Source: Candidatus Latescibacterota bacterium
GTDB taxonomy: Bacteria > Latescibacterota > UBA2968 > UBA8231
NCBI GenBank assembly: GCA_965248355.1
Contig: OZ252098.1
Location: 608,001 to 672,000, forward strand
Direction: 5' to 3'
Length of the DNA: 64,000 nucleotides
Numbering within the stretch: the first letter of the stretch is position 1; each line of letters starts with the position of its first letter. Positions 29,684-38,892 of the stretch are shown here, one piece after another. The notes beneath the pieces were generated by a model that saw only the letters and a list, made by a program, of their open reading frames with translations, was not told where the DNA came from and did not search any database. A program made the position numbers and the translations under genes.

Positions 29684-30748
29684 TTGGTGAAGAAGCGCAC
29701 CTTCCGGGGCTCGCCCGCCGAGGTGGGCGCCGCCCAGGGCGCGATGGATCCCGAAGCGGCCCGGGCCTACGTGGATTTCTGGCTGGCTCGGCCGCACGAT
29801 TTCGAGGCCGCGTACTTCCGCAAGAACCTGGCCTTCATGCGGCGCGAGTTCCCGGACATGGTGGAGCAGATCGAGGCCTTCGCCGAGGCCGCCGGCCTGC
29901 CCTTCGACCACGCCTGGTACAGCCACGTGCACTGGACGGGGGCGGCGTCGGAGGCCTGCTCGACCCTGGGGATCGTCCTGGAGGAAGACGGGCCGGCCAT
30001 GCTGTCGACCAACGACGGACACGACGACACGGTGCCGGGCACGGTGGCCAACACCGTGGTCTCCATCTTCCCCGACGCCCGGCCCCACGGGATGATGGGA
30101 CTCGGCGGCCAGCGGCACGTCACCCTGGGGGCGGCCGTGAACGACTCCGGGTTGGCGGTGGGGGCCAACTCGGGGCACCGCAGGTTCAACCCCGTCTCCA
30201 ACCCCGAGTGTCTCAACCTCTACTTCATCGTCCACCTGCTGGCCCAGCACTGCGCCGACTGCGGCGACGTGCGCCACTTCGTCGAGCAGTACCGCCTCTC
30301 CGGACAGAAGGGGATGATCCTGGTCACCGTCGACGCCGCGGGCAACATCCTCGGCCTGGAGCTGGAGTCGGAGAACATCGCCGTCTCCGAGGCCCAGGAC
30401 GGCCTGCTCCTGGAGGTCAACCACTGGCAGCACCCCAGCCTCCAGGTGCCCTCCCGCCAGGCGAATCCCGACTGGTGGAACGGGTCCTACTACTACAACT
30501 CCCAGGCGCGGGTCATGTACTTCCACCACTTCCGCAACGTCTTCGCGCGCATGAGGACCATGCAGGAGCTGGTCGATTTCTCCTTCGACGTCCACGCGCC
30601 GGGGCGCATCCTGCAGATGCCGGGACTGAACGTGGACGACCTGATCTCCTGTCAGGTGATGTTCGCCTCCGCGAGGCAGCGGATGATGAGGATCTACCTC
30701 CATCCCCTGGGCAAGGACGAGTACGAGGAGTTCCGCTATCCGGAGTGA
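29684..30748 (+). CDS. C45-family autoproteolytic acyltransferase/peptidase (Ntn hydrolase)
   Basis: GSPAEVGAAQG, EACST nucleophile, AVNDSGLAV, VNHW; start could be GTG 29687. Confidence 0.75.
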   Translation: MVKKRTFRGSPAEVGAAQGAMDPEAARAYVDFWLARPHDFEAAYFRKNLAFMRREFPDMVEQIEAFAEAAGLPFDHAWYSHVHWTGAASEACSTLGIVLEEDGPAMLSTNDGHDDTVPGTVANTVVSIFPDARPHGMMGLGGQRHVTLGAAVNDSGLAVGANSGHRRFNPVSNPECLNLYFIVHLLAQHCADCGDVRHFVEQYRLSGQKGMILVTVDAAGNILGLELESENIAVSEAQDGLLLEVNHWQHPSLQVPSRQANPDWWNGSYYYNSQARVMYFHHFRNVFARMRTMQELVDFSFDVHAPGRILQMPGLNVDDLISCQVMFASARQRMMRIYLHPLGKDEYEEFRYPE

Positions 30749-30758
30749 GGCGCGGCCC

Positions 30759-32936
30759 ATGACGATCGAGATCGAGGGCAGGGTGCGGGAGGCGGGCTCC
30801 GGCCGGGGGCTGGCGGATGTGTGTGTCTCCAACGGCGAGCACGTGGTCAGGACCGATGCCGGGGGCCGCTACGAGCTGGAGATCGAGCCGGGGGAGCACC
30901 GGTTCGTGTGGGTCACGGTGCCCGGGGGCTTCCGGCTGCCCGCGGACTTCCACCGCTCCACCCGCGGCTGGGACGCCTCCCGGCGGGACGTCGACTTCGA
31001 TCTCGTGCCTGAGCCCGGGGGGGAGAGCCGGACCTTCCGGCTGGCCCACGTGACCGATACCCACGTGGGAGCGGTGGGGTACCGCATGACGGGCGAGATC
31101 GTGCAGGGGGACCTGCGCGACCTGATCGGCGAGGCGGCGCCGGACCTGATCGTGGTGACCGGCGATCTGACCGACTGGGGGACGCCGCCGGAGCTGGAGA
31201 GCTTCCGCGAGGCGGCCGGGTCCGTGGCGACCCCGGTGCTGCCCATGTTCGGCGGCCACGACGGCAACCGGGAGCGCTTCGGAGATCTGTCGGCCGACCG
31301 GCTCGCGGAGTTGAAGCGCAACCGCCAGCAGGAGGAGATCCGGCGGATCGTGCGGCGGCAGGAAGGCGTCAGCTTCACCCGGAACTACGAGGAGGTCCTC
31401 GGGCCCGCCTGGTACAGCTTCGACCGGGGAGGCCGGCACTTCGTCCTCTATCCCAACGAGGAGAACTTCCTCTCCCCTCGCGACCGGGAGCGGAAGCAGG
31501 CCTGGCTGCTGAGCGACCTGGCCGCGCAGCCCGCCGGCCGGGAGGTGGTCGTCTTCACTCACATCCCCCCGTCGGCGGCGCTGCTGGACCTCCTGAGCGG
31601 CTCCGGCGCGCGGCTGGTCCTGCACGGGCACTGGCACTCGAGCAAGCTCTTCGTCCACGGCGGGATGGTGATCGCCGGGACGCCCCCCATCGGCATCGGG
31701 GGCCTCGACACCCGCCCCCGGGGCTACCGTCTCGTCGACTTCGGGGAAGGGGAGGCGCAGATCGCCCTCAGGCCCCTGGTCCGGGGCGGCTCCCCCGCCT
31801 CCCGGGAAGAGCCGCCGATCACGCTGGAGGAGGGCAGCGGACCTCTGGAGATCCGCTGGACGCACCGGCTGCCGGCGGGGCTGCACCGGGCGGCGCCGGT
31901 GGCCTCGGACGGCCGGGTCCTGGTGAGCCTGGCTCACGAGGAAGATCCCGGTGGCAGCGGCGTGGCCTGTGTCGACGGCCGCAGCGGCGAGCGGCAGTGG
32001 CTGACGGCTACCGACTCGGCGGTCAAGAACAGCGTCGGCCTGGGCCCCGGATCCTGCGCGGCCCTCTCGGTGGCCGGCCGGCTCCACCTGCTGGAGACGG
32101 CCTCGGGACGGGTCCGCTGGCAGGCCGACCTGCCCGGCTTTCCCGAGCGCTGGATCTACACCTCGCCCGTCATCGCCGGCGACACCGTGTTCGTCGGGAA
32201 CAAGGGGGGCTGCGGCGCCTTCGACCTGGAGACGGGCGCGCAGCGGTGGTACGTCGTCTTCGACACCGGGGACGACGGCCCGTGCTACGCCGGCCCCCGG
32301 GTCTGGGGGGATCTCCTCGTCGTCTTCGTCCCGCGCCGGGGCCTGATCGCCCTGGACCGGCACGAGGGAAGGGTGGCATGGGAACGGAGCCTGTACGTCG
32401 AGCATCCCCTGGCCCGGCCCGTCCTGGCCGGCGACCTGCTGGTGAGCGGCAGCGAGGCTCCCGAGGTGCACTGGTACCGCGGAGACCCCGCCCATCTGAT
32501 CGTCCTGCGCGCGCAGACGGGCGAGACCGTCTGGCATCGGCCCGTGATTCCCTCGCGGTACCCGTCGGGGCTGGCGGTCCGGGAGGACCGGATCTTCGCG
32601 ACCACGCCGGACGGGGAGGCCCTGTGCCTCGATCTGCACTCGGGGGAGTTGTTGTGGCGCTACGGGGTGGGGGAGGACCTGCTGGACATGGTGACGGCCC
32701 GGCGCCAGGTGCGGTCCATCCTCGCCGACCCGGTCCTCCTCGGGGACCGGGTGCTCGTCGGCGCCAACGACGGCTGTCTCCACGTCCTGAACGCGGAGAC
32801 CGGCGCCTGCGAGAGCCGCATCGCCTTCGGCTCTCCCATCAGCGCCTCCGTCTGCCTCACCGGGGACGGCATCTGCCTGGGGACCTACGACGGCCGGCTG
32901 TTCGGTCTGGGCCCCTACTGCGTCCAGAAGGAGTAG
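30759..32936 (+). CDS. Calcineurin-like metallophosphoesterase fused to a PQQ-type beta-propeller
   Basis: VSNG...TDAGGRY N-domain; DTH, GDLTD, GGHD, FTH, HGHWH; repeated G..W propeller motifs. Confidence 0.8.
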   Translation: MTIEIEGRVREAGSGRGLADVCVSNGEHVVRTDAGGRYELEIEPGEHRFVWVTVPGGFRLPADFHRSTRGWDASRRDVDFDLVPEPGGESRTFRLAHVTDTHVGAVGYRMTGEIVQGDLRDLIGEAAPDLIVVTGDLTDWGTPPELESFREAAGSVATPVLPMFGGHDGNRERFGDLSADRLAELKRNRQQEEIRRIVRRQEGVSFTRNYEEVLGPAWYSFDRGGRHFVLYPNEENFLSPRDRERKQAWLLSDLAAQPAGREVVVFTHIPPSAALLDLLSGSGARLVLHGHWHSSKLFVHGGMVIAGTPPIGIGGLDTRPRGYRLVDFGEGEAQIALRPLVRGGSPASREEPPITLEEGSGPLEIRWTHRLPAGLHRAAPVASDGRVLVSLAHEEDPGGSGVACVDGRSGERQWLTATDSAVKNSVGLGPGSCAALSVAGRLHLLETASGRVRWQADLPGFPERWIYTSPVIAGDTVFVGNKGGCGAFDLETGAQRWYVVFDTGDDGPCYAGPRVWGDLLVVFVPRRGLIALDRHEGRVAWERSLYVEHPLARPVLAGDLLVSGSEAPEVHWYRGDPAHLIVLRAQTGETVWHRPVIPSRYPSGLAVREDRIFATTPDGEALCLDLHSGELLWRYGVGEDLLDMVTARRQVRSILADPVLLGDRVLVGANDGCLHVLNAETGACESRIAFGSPISASVCLTGDGICLGTYDGRLFGLGPYCVQKE

Positions 32937-35095
32937 AGGCGCGCGTCGCGCAGGTGGAAGCGCAGACGCACGGGGGCGCCTGAAGCCGGCAGCCGGTGCC
33001 GTCCGTTGAAGCGGATCCTCTGCCGCACGGAGTCCCGCGCCGAGGGCAGGCAGTCCCCGGCGGTGTATCCCGGAAGCGGCCGGCCGGCGAGGTCGGTGAC
33101 CTCCACCCGCAGCTCGCCGCCCCGGGCGTCGGCGTTCACGTACAACTGACGGTTGAGCAGCTCGAGGGCCCTCGTCTCCAGCACCCCTCCGCGCGCTCCG
33201 GCGCCGGCGGAGACGAAGCCGTCCAGGCGCAGCCTCCCCATGCCGATGCGGCCCCAGGTGTCCTCCATCATGTGGATCTTCCGGCCCTCGTTGTCCCTCC
33301 ACAGGTGGTCGGCGGTGCGGCCGCTGTAGTAGAACCACAGCTCGTCGCCGACGCGCACGGGCGGCACGGAGATGACGGTGTTGTTCGCCCAGTCCCACTC
33401 CTTGCGGTCCCGGTCGCCGCAGGGGATCAGGGGCTCGCGGAAGGTGCGGTCCCAATGCCGGGGGTCCCGCGCCGAGGCCAGCTGGATGTCGAGGCGGTGC
33501 CGCTCTCCGAGGTGATACATGCGCATCAGGCACAGGTGCACGGTCTCGTAGAAGAAGGGGTTCATCCCGTAGATCTGGTCCTCGTCCTCGTCGCGGCCGT
33601 CCGTCGTCATCTGGAAGACCGTGTCCGACCAGTTCATGCCGTCGGCGCTCTCGGCGTAACCGCGTCCCCGGCGGCCCTGGTAGTGCAGCTTGGCCGTGGC
33701 GAAGTGGACGCCGCGCGGGGGGTCGAAGGCCGTGTCCGTGCAGTCGTAGGCCTGGGCGAGGATGGTGCCGCGGTCCTTCCAGTGGATGCCGTCGGGCGAG
33801 GTCAGCAGGGAGAACCCGCGCACCCGCACCAGGGCCTTGTAGCGCTGCTCCGGGTCGGGCTCGTCCGGGTCATGGGTGATCGAGTTCGCCGAACGGGCCC
33901 CGGTGGCGAGGTCCCAGGGCTCCCACAACTCGTGCTCGATCTCGTCCCGCTCGCGGCTGGCGATGACGATGTTGGTCTTGTCGATGCCTTCGAAGGTGTG
34001 CAGGTCCAGCATCGGCTTGACCCAGTGGAGGCCGTCGTCGCTGAGGGCGAGGCCGGTGACGCTTCTCTTGAGCAGCCGCTGCTGTTGCGGCGGGGGGCCG
34101 TAGACCGGGCAGTAGGCCTTGTAGTACATGCGGAACTTCCCCGTCTCGTCGCGGAACACCGCGCCGCCGCCGAGCACGGCCCCGCCCTCCCAGGGGTGCT
34201 CGGGCAGGATCAGGGGGTTGGCGGGATGCTTGTCGATGGCGTGGAGCCGGCGCTTCACGCCCCGGGTCCGGTGGATCAGCCAGTCGTCGACGAAGAGCTG
34301 CCGGGGCCGGCCCACCGGGATCGGCTCCACCGGCTTCGGCTTGCTGAACCTGAGCACGGGGGCCGGCTCGCCCGCCCTCAGGTCGGAGGAGCGACGCAGC
34401 CGGCCGCCGACGCGGATGTCGTCCCAGTGCCCGCTGCCGACGATCGCCGATGACGAGTCGTCCCCCATGCGGGCGGCGAGGAGGGGGGTGCCGGGGTCCT
34501 GGTCGGCGAAGGCGCCGACGAACCGCTCCCGGCCGGGCGCGCCGGCCCACAGTTGCACCGTGGCCGTTCCTCGGCGCCGCATCAGGATGAACCGCGTCCA
34601 CCGCCTCTGGGACAGGCCCGTCACCACGCGCCGCCTGCGTCGGGGCCGGCGTCCGCCGCCTTCGAGGATGTCGATGTCGTAACGGCCGCTGTCCGCGGTG
34701 CCGTTGGCGATCAGGGTAATGCCGGTGCGCCGGTCCATGTCGCTGTCGCAGGGCTGGAAGACGATCCAGCCGCTCAGCTCCACCGGCCGGCTGCGCACCG
34801 GCCGGAAGACGAACTCGACAACCGTGGCCTCTTCCGGGTCCGGGGCGTCCGCCCGCGCCAGAACGCGGATCATGGCCCGCTGCTTGCGGGCGGTGGTCGC
34901 CGCGTGCAGGGCGCGCTCCCCGGCGAAGGCGAAGCCGCGGGTGACCTCGGTCACCCCGTGGGCCTCCTTGACCCACGGCTCGCCGAGCCAGCGAACGCCG
35001 GCGTTGTTCAGGCCGGTGAGGGTGTCGACGTAGTGCTCGGCGTCCACGTGCAGGACGGCGCCGTCGCTGCGGGGCGGGGGGAGGGGGCGGGTCAC
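32915..35095 (-). CDS. Glycoside hydrolase-like beta-propeller protein (GH32/43/130-like fold)
   Basis: QLFVDD, KHPANP, SDDGLHWVKP, SPDGIHW, ELWFYYSG, LRLDGFVS, LYVNADA; GTGA overlap with the higA stop. Confidence 0.65.
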   Translation of the reverse strand: MTRPLPPPRSDGAVLHVDAEHYVDTLTGLNNAGVRWLGEPWVKEAHGVTEVTRGFAFAGERALHAATTARKQRAMIRVLARADAPDPEEATVVEFVFRPVRSRPVELSGWIVFQPCDSDMDRRTGITLIANGTADSGRYDIDILEGGGRRPRRRRRVVTGLSQRRWTRFILMRRRGTATVQLWAGAPGRERFVGAFADQDPGTPLLAARMGDDSSSAIVGSGHWDDIRVGGRLRRSSDLRAGEPAPVLRFSKPKPVEPIPVGRPRQLFVDDWLIHRTRGVKRRLHAIDKHPANPLILPEHPWEGGAVLGGGAVFRDETGKFRMYYKAYCPVYGPPPQQQRLLKRSVTGLALSDDGLHWVKPMLDLHTFEGIDKTNIVIASRERDEIEHELWEPWDLATGARSANSITHDPDEPDPEQRYKALVRVRGFSLLTSPDGIHWKDRGTILAQAYDCTDTAFDPPRGVHFATAKLHYQGRRGRGYAESADGMNWSDTVFQMTTDGRDEDEDQIYGMNPFFYETVHLCLMRMYHLGERHRLDIQLASARDPRHWDRTFREPLIPCGDRDRKEWDWANNTVISVPPVRVGDELWFYYSGRTADHLWRDNEGRKIHMMEDTWGRIGMGRLRLDGFVSAGAGARGGVLETRALELLNRQLYVNADARGGELRVEVTDLAGRPLPGYTAGDCLPSARDSVRQRIRFNGRHRLPASGAPVRLRFHLRDARLYSFWTQ

Positions 35096-35385
35096 ACCAC
35101 CTCCCGAGGGCGTATGGCGCGCAAGGCCTCGGCCTTGTCCCGGGCCGCGAGTTCGAGTTCGTAGCGGTCCTGAAGGTTCATCCAACTTCGGGCGTCGGTG
35201 TTGAAGTACCGCGCCAGACGCAGCGCGGTCTCCGCCGTAATCCCCCGGCGGCCGCGGACAATCTCGTTGATCCTCGCCGGAGTTACGCCGATCGCCTTCG
35301 CCAGGGCGGTGTCGGACAACTCCATGGGTTCCATGAAGTCGTGCTTCAGAACCTCGCCCGGGTGGATCGGCTCCAGTCGGGTCAT
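35092..35385 (-). CDS. higA: HigA family antitoxin
   Basis: PIHPGEVL, RINEIVRGRRGITAETALRLARYF, WMNLQ. Confidence 0.92.
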   Translation of the reverse strand: MTRLEPIHPGEVLKHDFMEPMELSDTALAKAIGVTPARINEIVRGRRGITAETALRLARYFNTDARSWMNLQDRYELELAARDKAEALRAIRPREVV

Positions 35386-35407
35386 GTCGGTACCTCCTCG
35401 AAGGGCC

Positions 35408-35555
35408 TCAGTGGTAGTCGAAGGAAGGCGAGCGTCGCGGCGGCGTCCAGTTGGGCAAGCTTGCGCTGGGCAACCCGTTCGACGCTCGCGAAGCGTCGGA
35501 CCCGGTAACCGTTGGCGAGCCTCTCGGTGTCCTTGCAACGGAACCTCAGAATCAT
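35408..35555 (-). pseudogene. higB: HigB toxin with an internal deletion
   Basis: MILRFRCKDTERL...VAQRKLAQLDAAATLAFL joined out of frame to the terminal DYH-stop; catalytic core absent. Confidence 0.85.
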
Positions 35556-35570
35556 CCCAGGCTGAAATCT

Positions 35571-35586
35571 CGCATCTCGATATGCG
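35571..35586. promoter_or_regulatory. Probable HigA operator
   Basis: Near-perfect palindrome CGCATCTCGATATGCG just upstream of higB. Confidence 0.6.
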
Positions 35587-35641
35587 GAACGCAACCCTCC
35601 ATACTGGCGACTGTCGGGGGCCCTTACCGCGCCCCGGCCGG

Positions 35642-37585
35642 TCACCCCGGCCAGGCCAGGGCGGCGCTCGGCCGGTTGACGTAGCGCCGGGTCTCCAGCT
35701 CGAGGGTGATCCGCGTCGCCGGAGGCAGGTCGACGGCCAGGTGGGTGTCGTCCAGGTCGCGGCTCTCGCCGCCGGCGGCCAGCGGCTCGGCGGCGTAGTC
35801 GGCGCTGTCGCCGGGGTAGTCGCTGAGGAGCCGGTCCCAGGTGACGCGGCCGAAGCGGTGCTCGCCGTAGGCCCCGGCGCGCACGGTCAAGCGGCGTTCC
35901 TCGAAGGGGCTCAGGTTGACCAGCGTGAGGACGGTGCGCTCCGCCGACAGCTCTTCCACGAGGGCGGCCACGTCCCGGGGCAGGCCCGGCCGCCGGCGGT
36001 CGCGGTCCCAGTAGCGCACCCGGCAGTGGAGGAGGCCGCCGTTGTAGAGGGACTGGGGCGCGCCCAGGGTCTGCTGCACCAGGGCCTCCGTCGACACCGG
36101 GTTCACGTGCTGCCAGCGGTGCACGTCGCGGTGCGTGGCATGCTCGCCGTCGCCGCGGATCAGCTCCAGCCGGCGGGCCACCTCGCCGTAACTGGCGCTC
36201 AGCATGCGCTCGGGGAAGCCGGGGTTGGTCCCGTCCAGGAAGCGCAGCCAGGGCTGCTCGTGGCCGGCGTCCTCCTTGTTTCGGAAGCTGAAGACGCCGG
36301 CCCAGTCGTATGCCTCCCGGGCGCGCAGGTCCTCGATGCGGCGCCAGTCGGACAGGGCCATGGACAGGTTCCAGAGGGCGGCCGGGTAGATGGGGGAGAG
36401 GGGCTGCCAGTCGAACCAGCCGGCGTCGCCGCAGCGGTAGGGGACCACCCAGGTGTCGTGGCCCCCGGCGCGCTCCAGGCCCCGCCAGTGGCCGATCCAG
36501 TGGTGGTGCAGGCTCATCTGCTGGCGGCGCAGGTCGCGGGTCTCGCCCATCTCGAAGATGCGGTCCTGCTGGGCCCGCGGCAGCTCCAGCCAGGCCGCGT
36601 CGCCGGTCATGAGCAGGGCGGCGCCGGCGGCCAGCAGGGCCGCCTGCTGCACGTTGTAGAAGCCATGGGGCCAGGTCCAGCCGTAGAGGGCTCCGTGCCA
36701 CTTGCCGTCCATGTGCTCGCCCACCTCGCCGGAGAGGCCCACGTTGTCGGGCAGCAGTCCGCCGTTGGCCCGGGCGAGCTCGGCCCAGCGCCCGGCGTAG
36801 TCGAGGACCCAGGTGCGGTAGCGGTCCTCCCCGGTCAGCAGCCAGGCGTTGGTCACCAGGCTGACGACGGCGAGATTGGCCACGGCGTCGCCGCGGCCCA
36901 TGCGCCGGGCCATGGCGGCGCCCATGGCGCGGGCCCGGGCCGGGTCCCTCAGGTCCTCGGTGGTCTCCACGCCGGGCACGTCGTGGTAGGGGAGCCCGTA
37001 GACGGACATGCCCTCGGACCAGCCGTACGAGTGGTCGGGTCCGTAGAAGTCGAGGGCGGCGCCGCCGGAGCCGTTGAGGGCGCAGCGGATCAGCTTGCGG
37101 TCGTCGTCCCAGTTGTCGACGCCGGGGTCGTGGCCGGTGTAGAGGTCGGCGAACCGGCAGGCCCGCGCCGCGTTGGCCTCGTCGGCGGGATCGGCCAGGC
37201 AGAGGTTGTAGAAGAAGATGTCGCTCTCGGCCTGGTGGAACTGGTCCTCACGGAGGGCGTACTCGTCCCGCACCAGGCCGAAGGCGGTCAGTTGCCGGGT
37301 GACGGCCCGCCAGTGCCGGTGCGACCGCGGCCGCAGGTCGTCGGCGCCGCCGATCAGATGGAGCAGGGGCCAGTTGAAGAAGGCCTCGTAGAAGTCGTCG
37401 GGGCTGCCGGCCGACTCGTGGCGCCAGATCAGGCGGCCGTCGGCCTCGCAGTAGGCCTCGGTGTAGGGCTCCACGGAGGCGTTCATGGCCTCCATGAGGC
37501 GGCGCTGCCAGACCGCCCAAGCGGGCGCCTCGGTGGCCGGTACCGTGGCTCGGATCGGGTCCATGGCTGGGGTCTCCAGGCTCAA
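35642..37585 (-). CDS. Conserved hypothetical protein (possible helical-barrel glycan-active enzyme)
   Basis: 647-aa ORF with GC-typical codon use; DDFYEAFFNW, GLLPDNVG, YGWTWPHG, QHVNPV. Confidence 0.6.
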   Translation of the reverse strand: MSLETPAMDPIRATVPATEAPAWAVWQRRLMEAMNASVEPYTEAYCEADGRLIWRHESAGSPDDFYEAFFNWPLLHLIGGADDLRPRSHRHWRAVTRQLTAFGLVRDEYALREDQFHQAESDIFFYNLCLADPADEANAARACRFADLYTGHDPGVDNWDDDRKLIRCALNGSGGAALDFYGPDHSYGWSEGMSVYGLPYHDVPGVETTEDLRDPARARAMGAAMARRMGRGDAVANLAVVSLVTNAWLLTGEDRYRTWVLDYAGRWAELARANGGLLPDNVGLSGEVGEHMDGKWHGALYGWTWPHGFYNVQQAALLAAGAALLMTGDAAWLELPRAQQDRIFEMGETRDLRRQQMSLHHHWIGHWRGLERAGGHDTWVVPYRCGDAGWFDWQPLSPIYPAALWNLSMALSDWRRIEDLRAREAYDWAGVFSFRNKEDAGHEQPWLRFLDGTNPGFPERMLSASYGEVARRLELIRGDGEHATHRDVHRWQHVNPVSTEALVQQTLGAPQSLYNGGLLHCRVRYWDRDRRRPGLPRDVAALVEELSAERTVLTLVNLSPFEERRLTVRAGAYGEHRFGRVTWDRLLSDYPGDSADYAAEPLAAGGESRDLDDTHLAVDLPPATRITLELETRRYVNRPSAALAWPG

Positions 37586-37743
37586 CCCTCTTCATCGCTG
37601 TATTCCTCAGGAGTATAGGCCCCTCGACCCGCTCGCCGGAATCGGAGGAGCGGTTGACAGGTGATCAGGATGATCCGGTCGGCGTTCTGAGAGACCCGGT
37701 GCGCAATCGAACCACAAGGTCTCGTCGGCTCAAGAACAAGGAC

Positions 37744-37773
37744 TTGCACCACCGAACGGTATCACCGTACACT
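37744..37773 (+). promoter_or_regulatory. Promoter and operator of the second higBA locus
   Basis: TTGCAC-N18-TACACT with inverted repeat ACGGT-atc-ACCGT (37756-37768); ATG 7 nt after the -10 box. Confidence 0.65.
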
Positions 37774-37780
37774 TGCGTCC

Positions 37781-37918
37781 ATGATCATTCGCTCCGTGCG
37801 CCACCGAGGATTGCGCCGGCTGCTGGAGCATGACGATCCCCGGTTCGTCCGATCGGAGTGGATCGCCCGCGTGCGCAAGATCCTGACCGTGCTCATCCTG
37901 GCCGAGGACATTGCATGA
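37781..37918 (+). pseudogene. higB: Truncated HigB-like toxin (45 aa)
   Basis: MIIRSVRHRGLRRLLEHDDPRFV...RVRKILTVLILAEDIA-stop is only the N-terminal half of a HigB-like toxin. Confidence 0.8.
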
Positions 37919-38244
37919 ACATGACCCCTTCCCATCCGGGTGACTTCATTCGCACGGAGATCATCGAGGAACTGGATCTCAACATCACGAAGGCCGCCGG
38001 GATTCTCGGAGTCCGCCGAGCGACGCTCTCCGCCCTGCTGAACGGCAACGCGGCCCTGTCGGCGGAGATGGCCCTCCGTATCGAGAAGGCATTCGACGTG
38101 AGCATGGATATGCTGCTGAGGATGCAGGCCTGGTGGGATGCCTCCCGGATGCGTGCTCGCGCAGGGGAGATCGACGTACAGCGCTACGAGCCCCAAACGG
38201 TGGACAAACGACGTCGATCGGGACGAGTTCGCCGGACTGCTTGA
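37915..38244 (+). CDS. higA: HigA family antitoxin
   Basis: PSHPGDFIRTEII, GVRRATLSALLNG, SAEMALRIEKAF, LLRMQAW. Confidence 0.9.
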   Translation: MNMTPSHPGDFIRTEIIEELDLNITKAAGILGVRRATLSALLNGNAALSAEMALRIEKAFDVSMDMLLRMQAWWDASRMRARAGEIDVQRYEPQTVDKRRRSGRVRRTA

Positions 38245-38268
38245 GCGACCGGTGTTCGACAGAGTCCG

Positions 38269-38892
38269 ATGACCGCCATGGCTGACAAGATCATGAAGAG
38301 GGTGTCCGCCCACCATGGCGGACGGTGGGTGTGCACTCCCAGGGACTTTCTGGATCTCGGCAGCCGCGAGGCGGTCGGCCGGGCCCTGTCGCGTCTCGTG
38401 AAGGCGGGACAGCTGCGCCGGGTGGGCGGCGGCCTGTACGACAGGCCCAGGATCAGCAGTGTGCTGAATCGGCCCGCCCCCGTCGATCTGGAGGCCGCCA
38501 TCGCAGCGCTGGCACGACGGGACGGTGTGCGGATCATGCCGGACGGCCTGGTGGCTGCGAATCAGCTGGGCCTCACCAACGCGGTGCCCGCGAAGGTCAG
38601 CTACCTGACGGACGGCCATTCGAGGACGCTCGAGATCGACGGAAGAACCGTTCGGTTCCGGCACGCGAGCCCCAGCGTCATGCAGTGGGCGGGAAGATCC
38701 GCTGCACCGGTGGTTCAGGCGCTGCGATGGTTGGGCCCCCGTGCGGCCGCGAATGGAGAGATCATCTCGACGCTGAGTCGTCGTCTTCCCGAGGACGTGA
38801 AGCTCGACCTGTGGAACAACAGCCGCGACCTGCCCGGGTGGGCCTTGCCGCTGGCGCGCAGCATCGCGAGCGGTCAGGCCATTGGCGCATGA
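38269..38892 (+). CDS. DUF6088 / AbiEi-like type IV antitoxin
   Basis: TPRDFLDLGSREAV, LRRVGGGLY, AANQLGLTNAVPAK, YLTDG. Confidence 0.85.
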   Translation: MTAMADKIMKRVSAHHGGRWVCTPRDFLDLGSREAVGRALSRLVKAGQLRRVGGGLYDRPRISSVLNRPAPVDLEAAIAALARRDGVRIMPDGLVAANQLGLTNAVPAKVSYLTDGHSRTLEIDGRTVRFRHASPSVMQWAGRSAAPVVQALRWLGPRAAANGEIISTLSRRLPEDVKLDLWNNSRDLPGWALPLARSIASGQAIGA

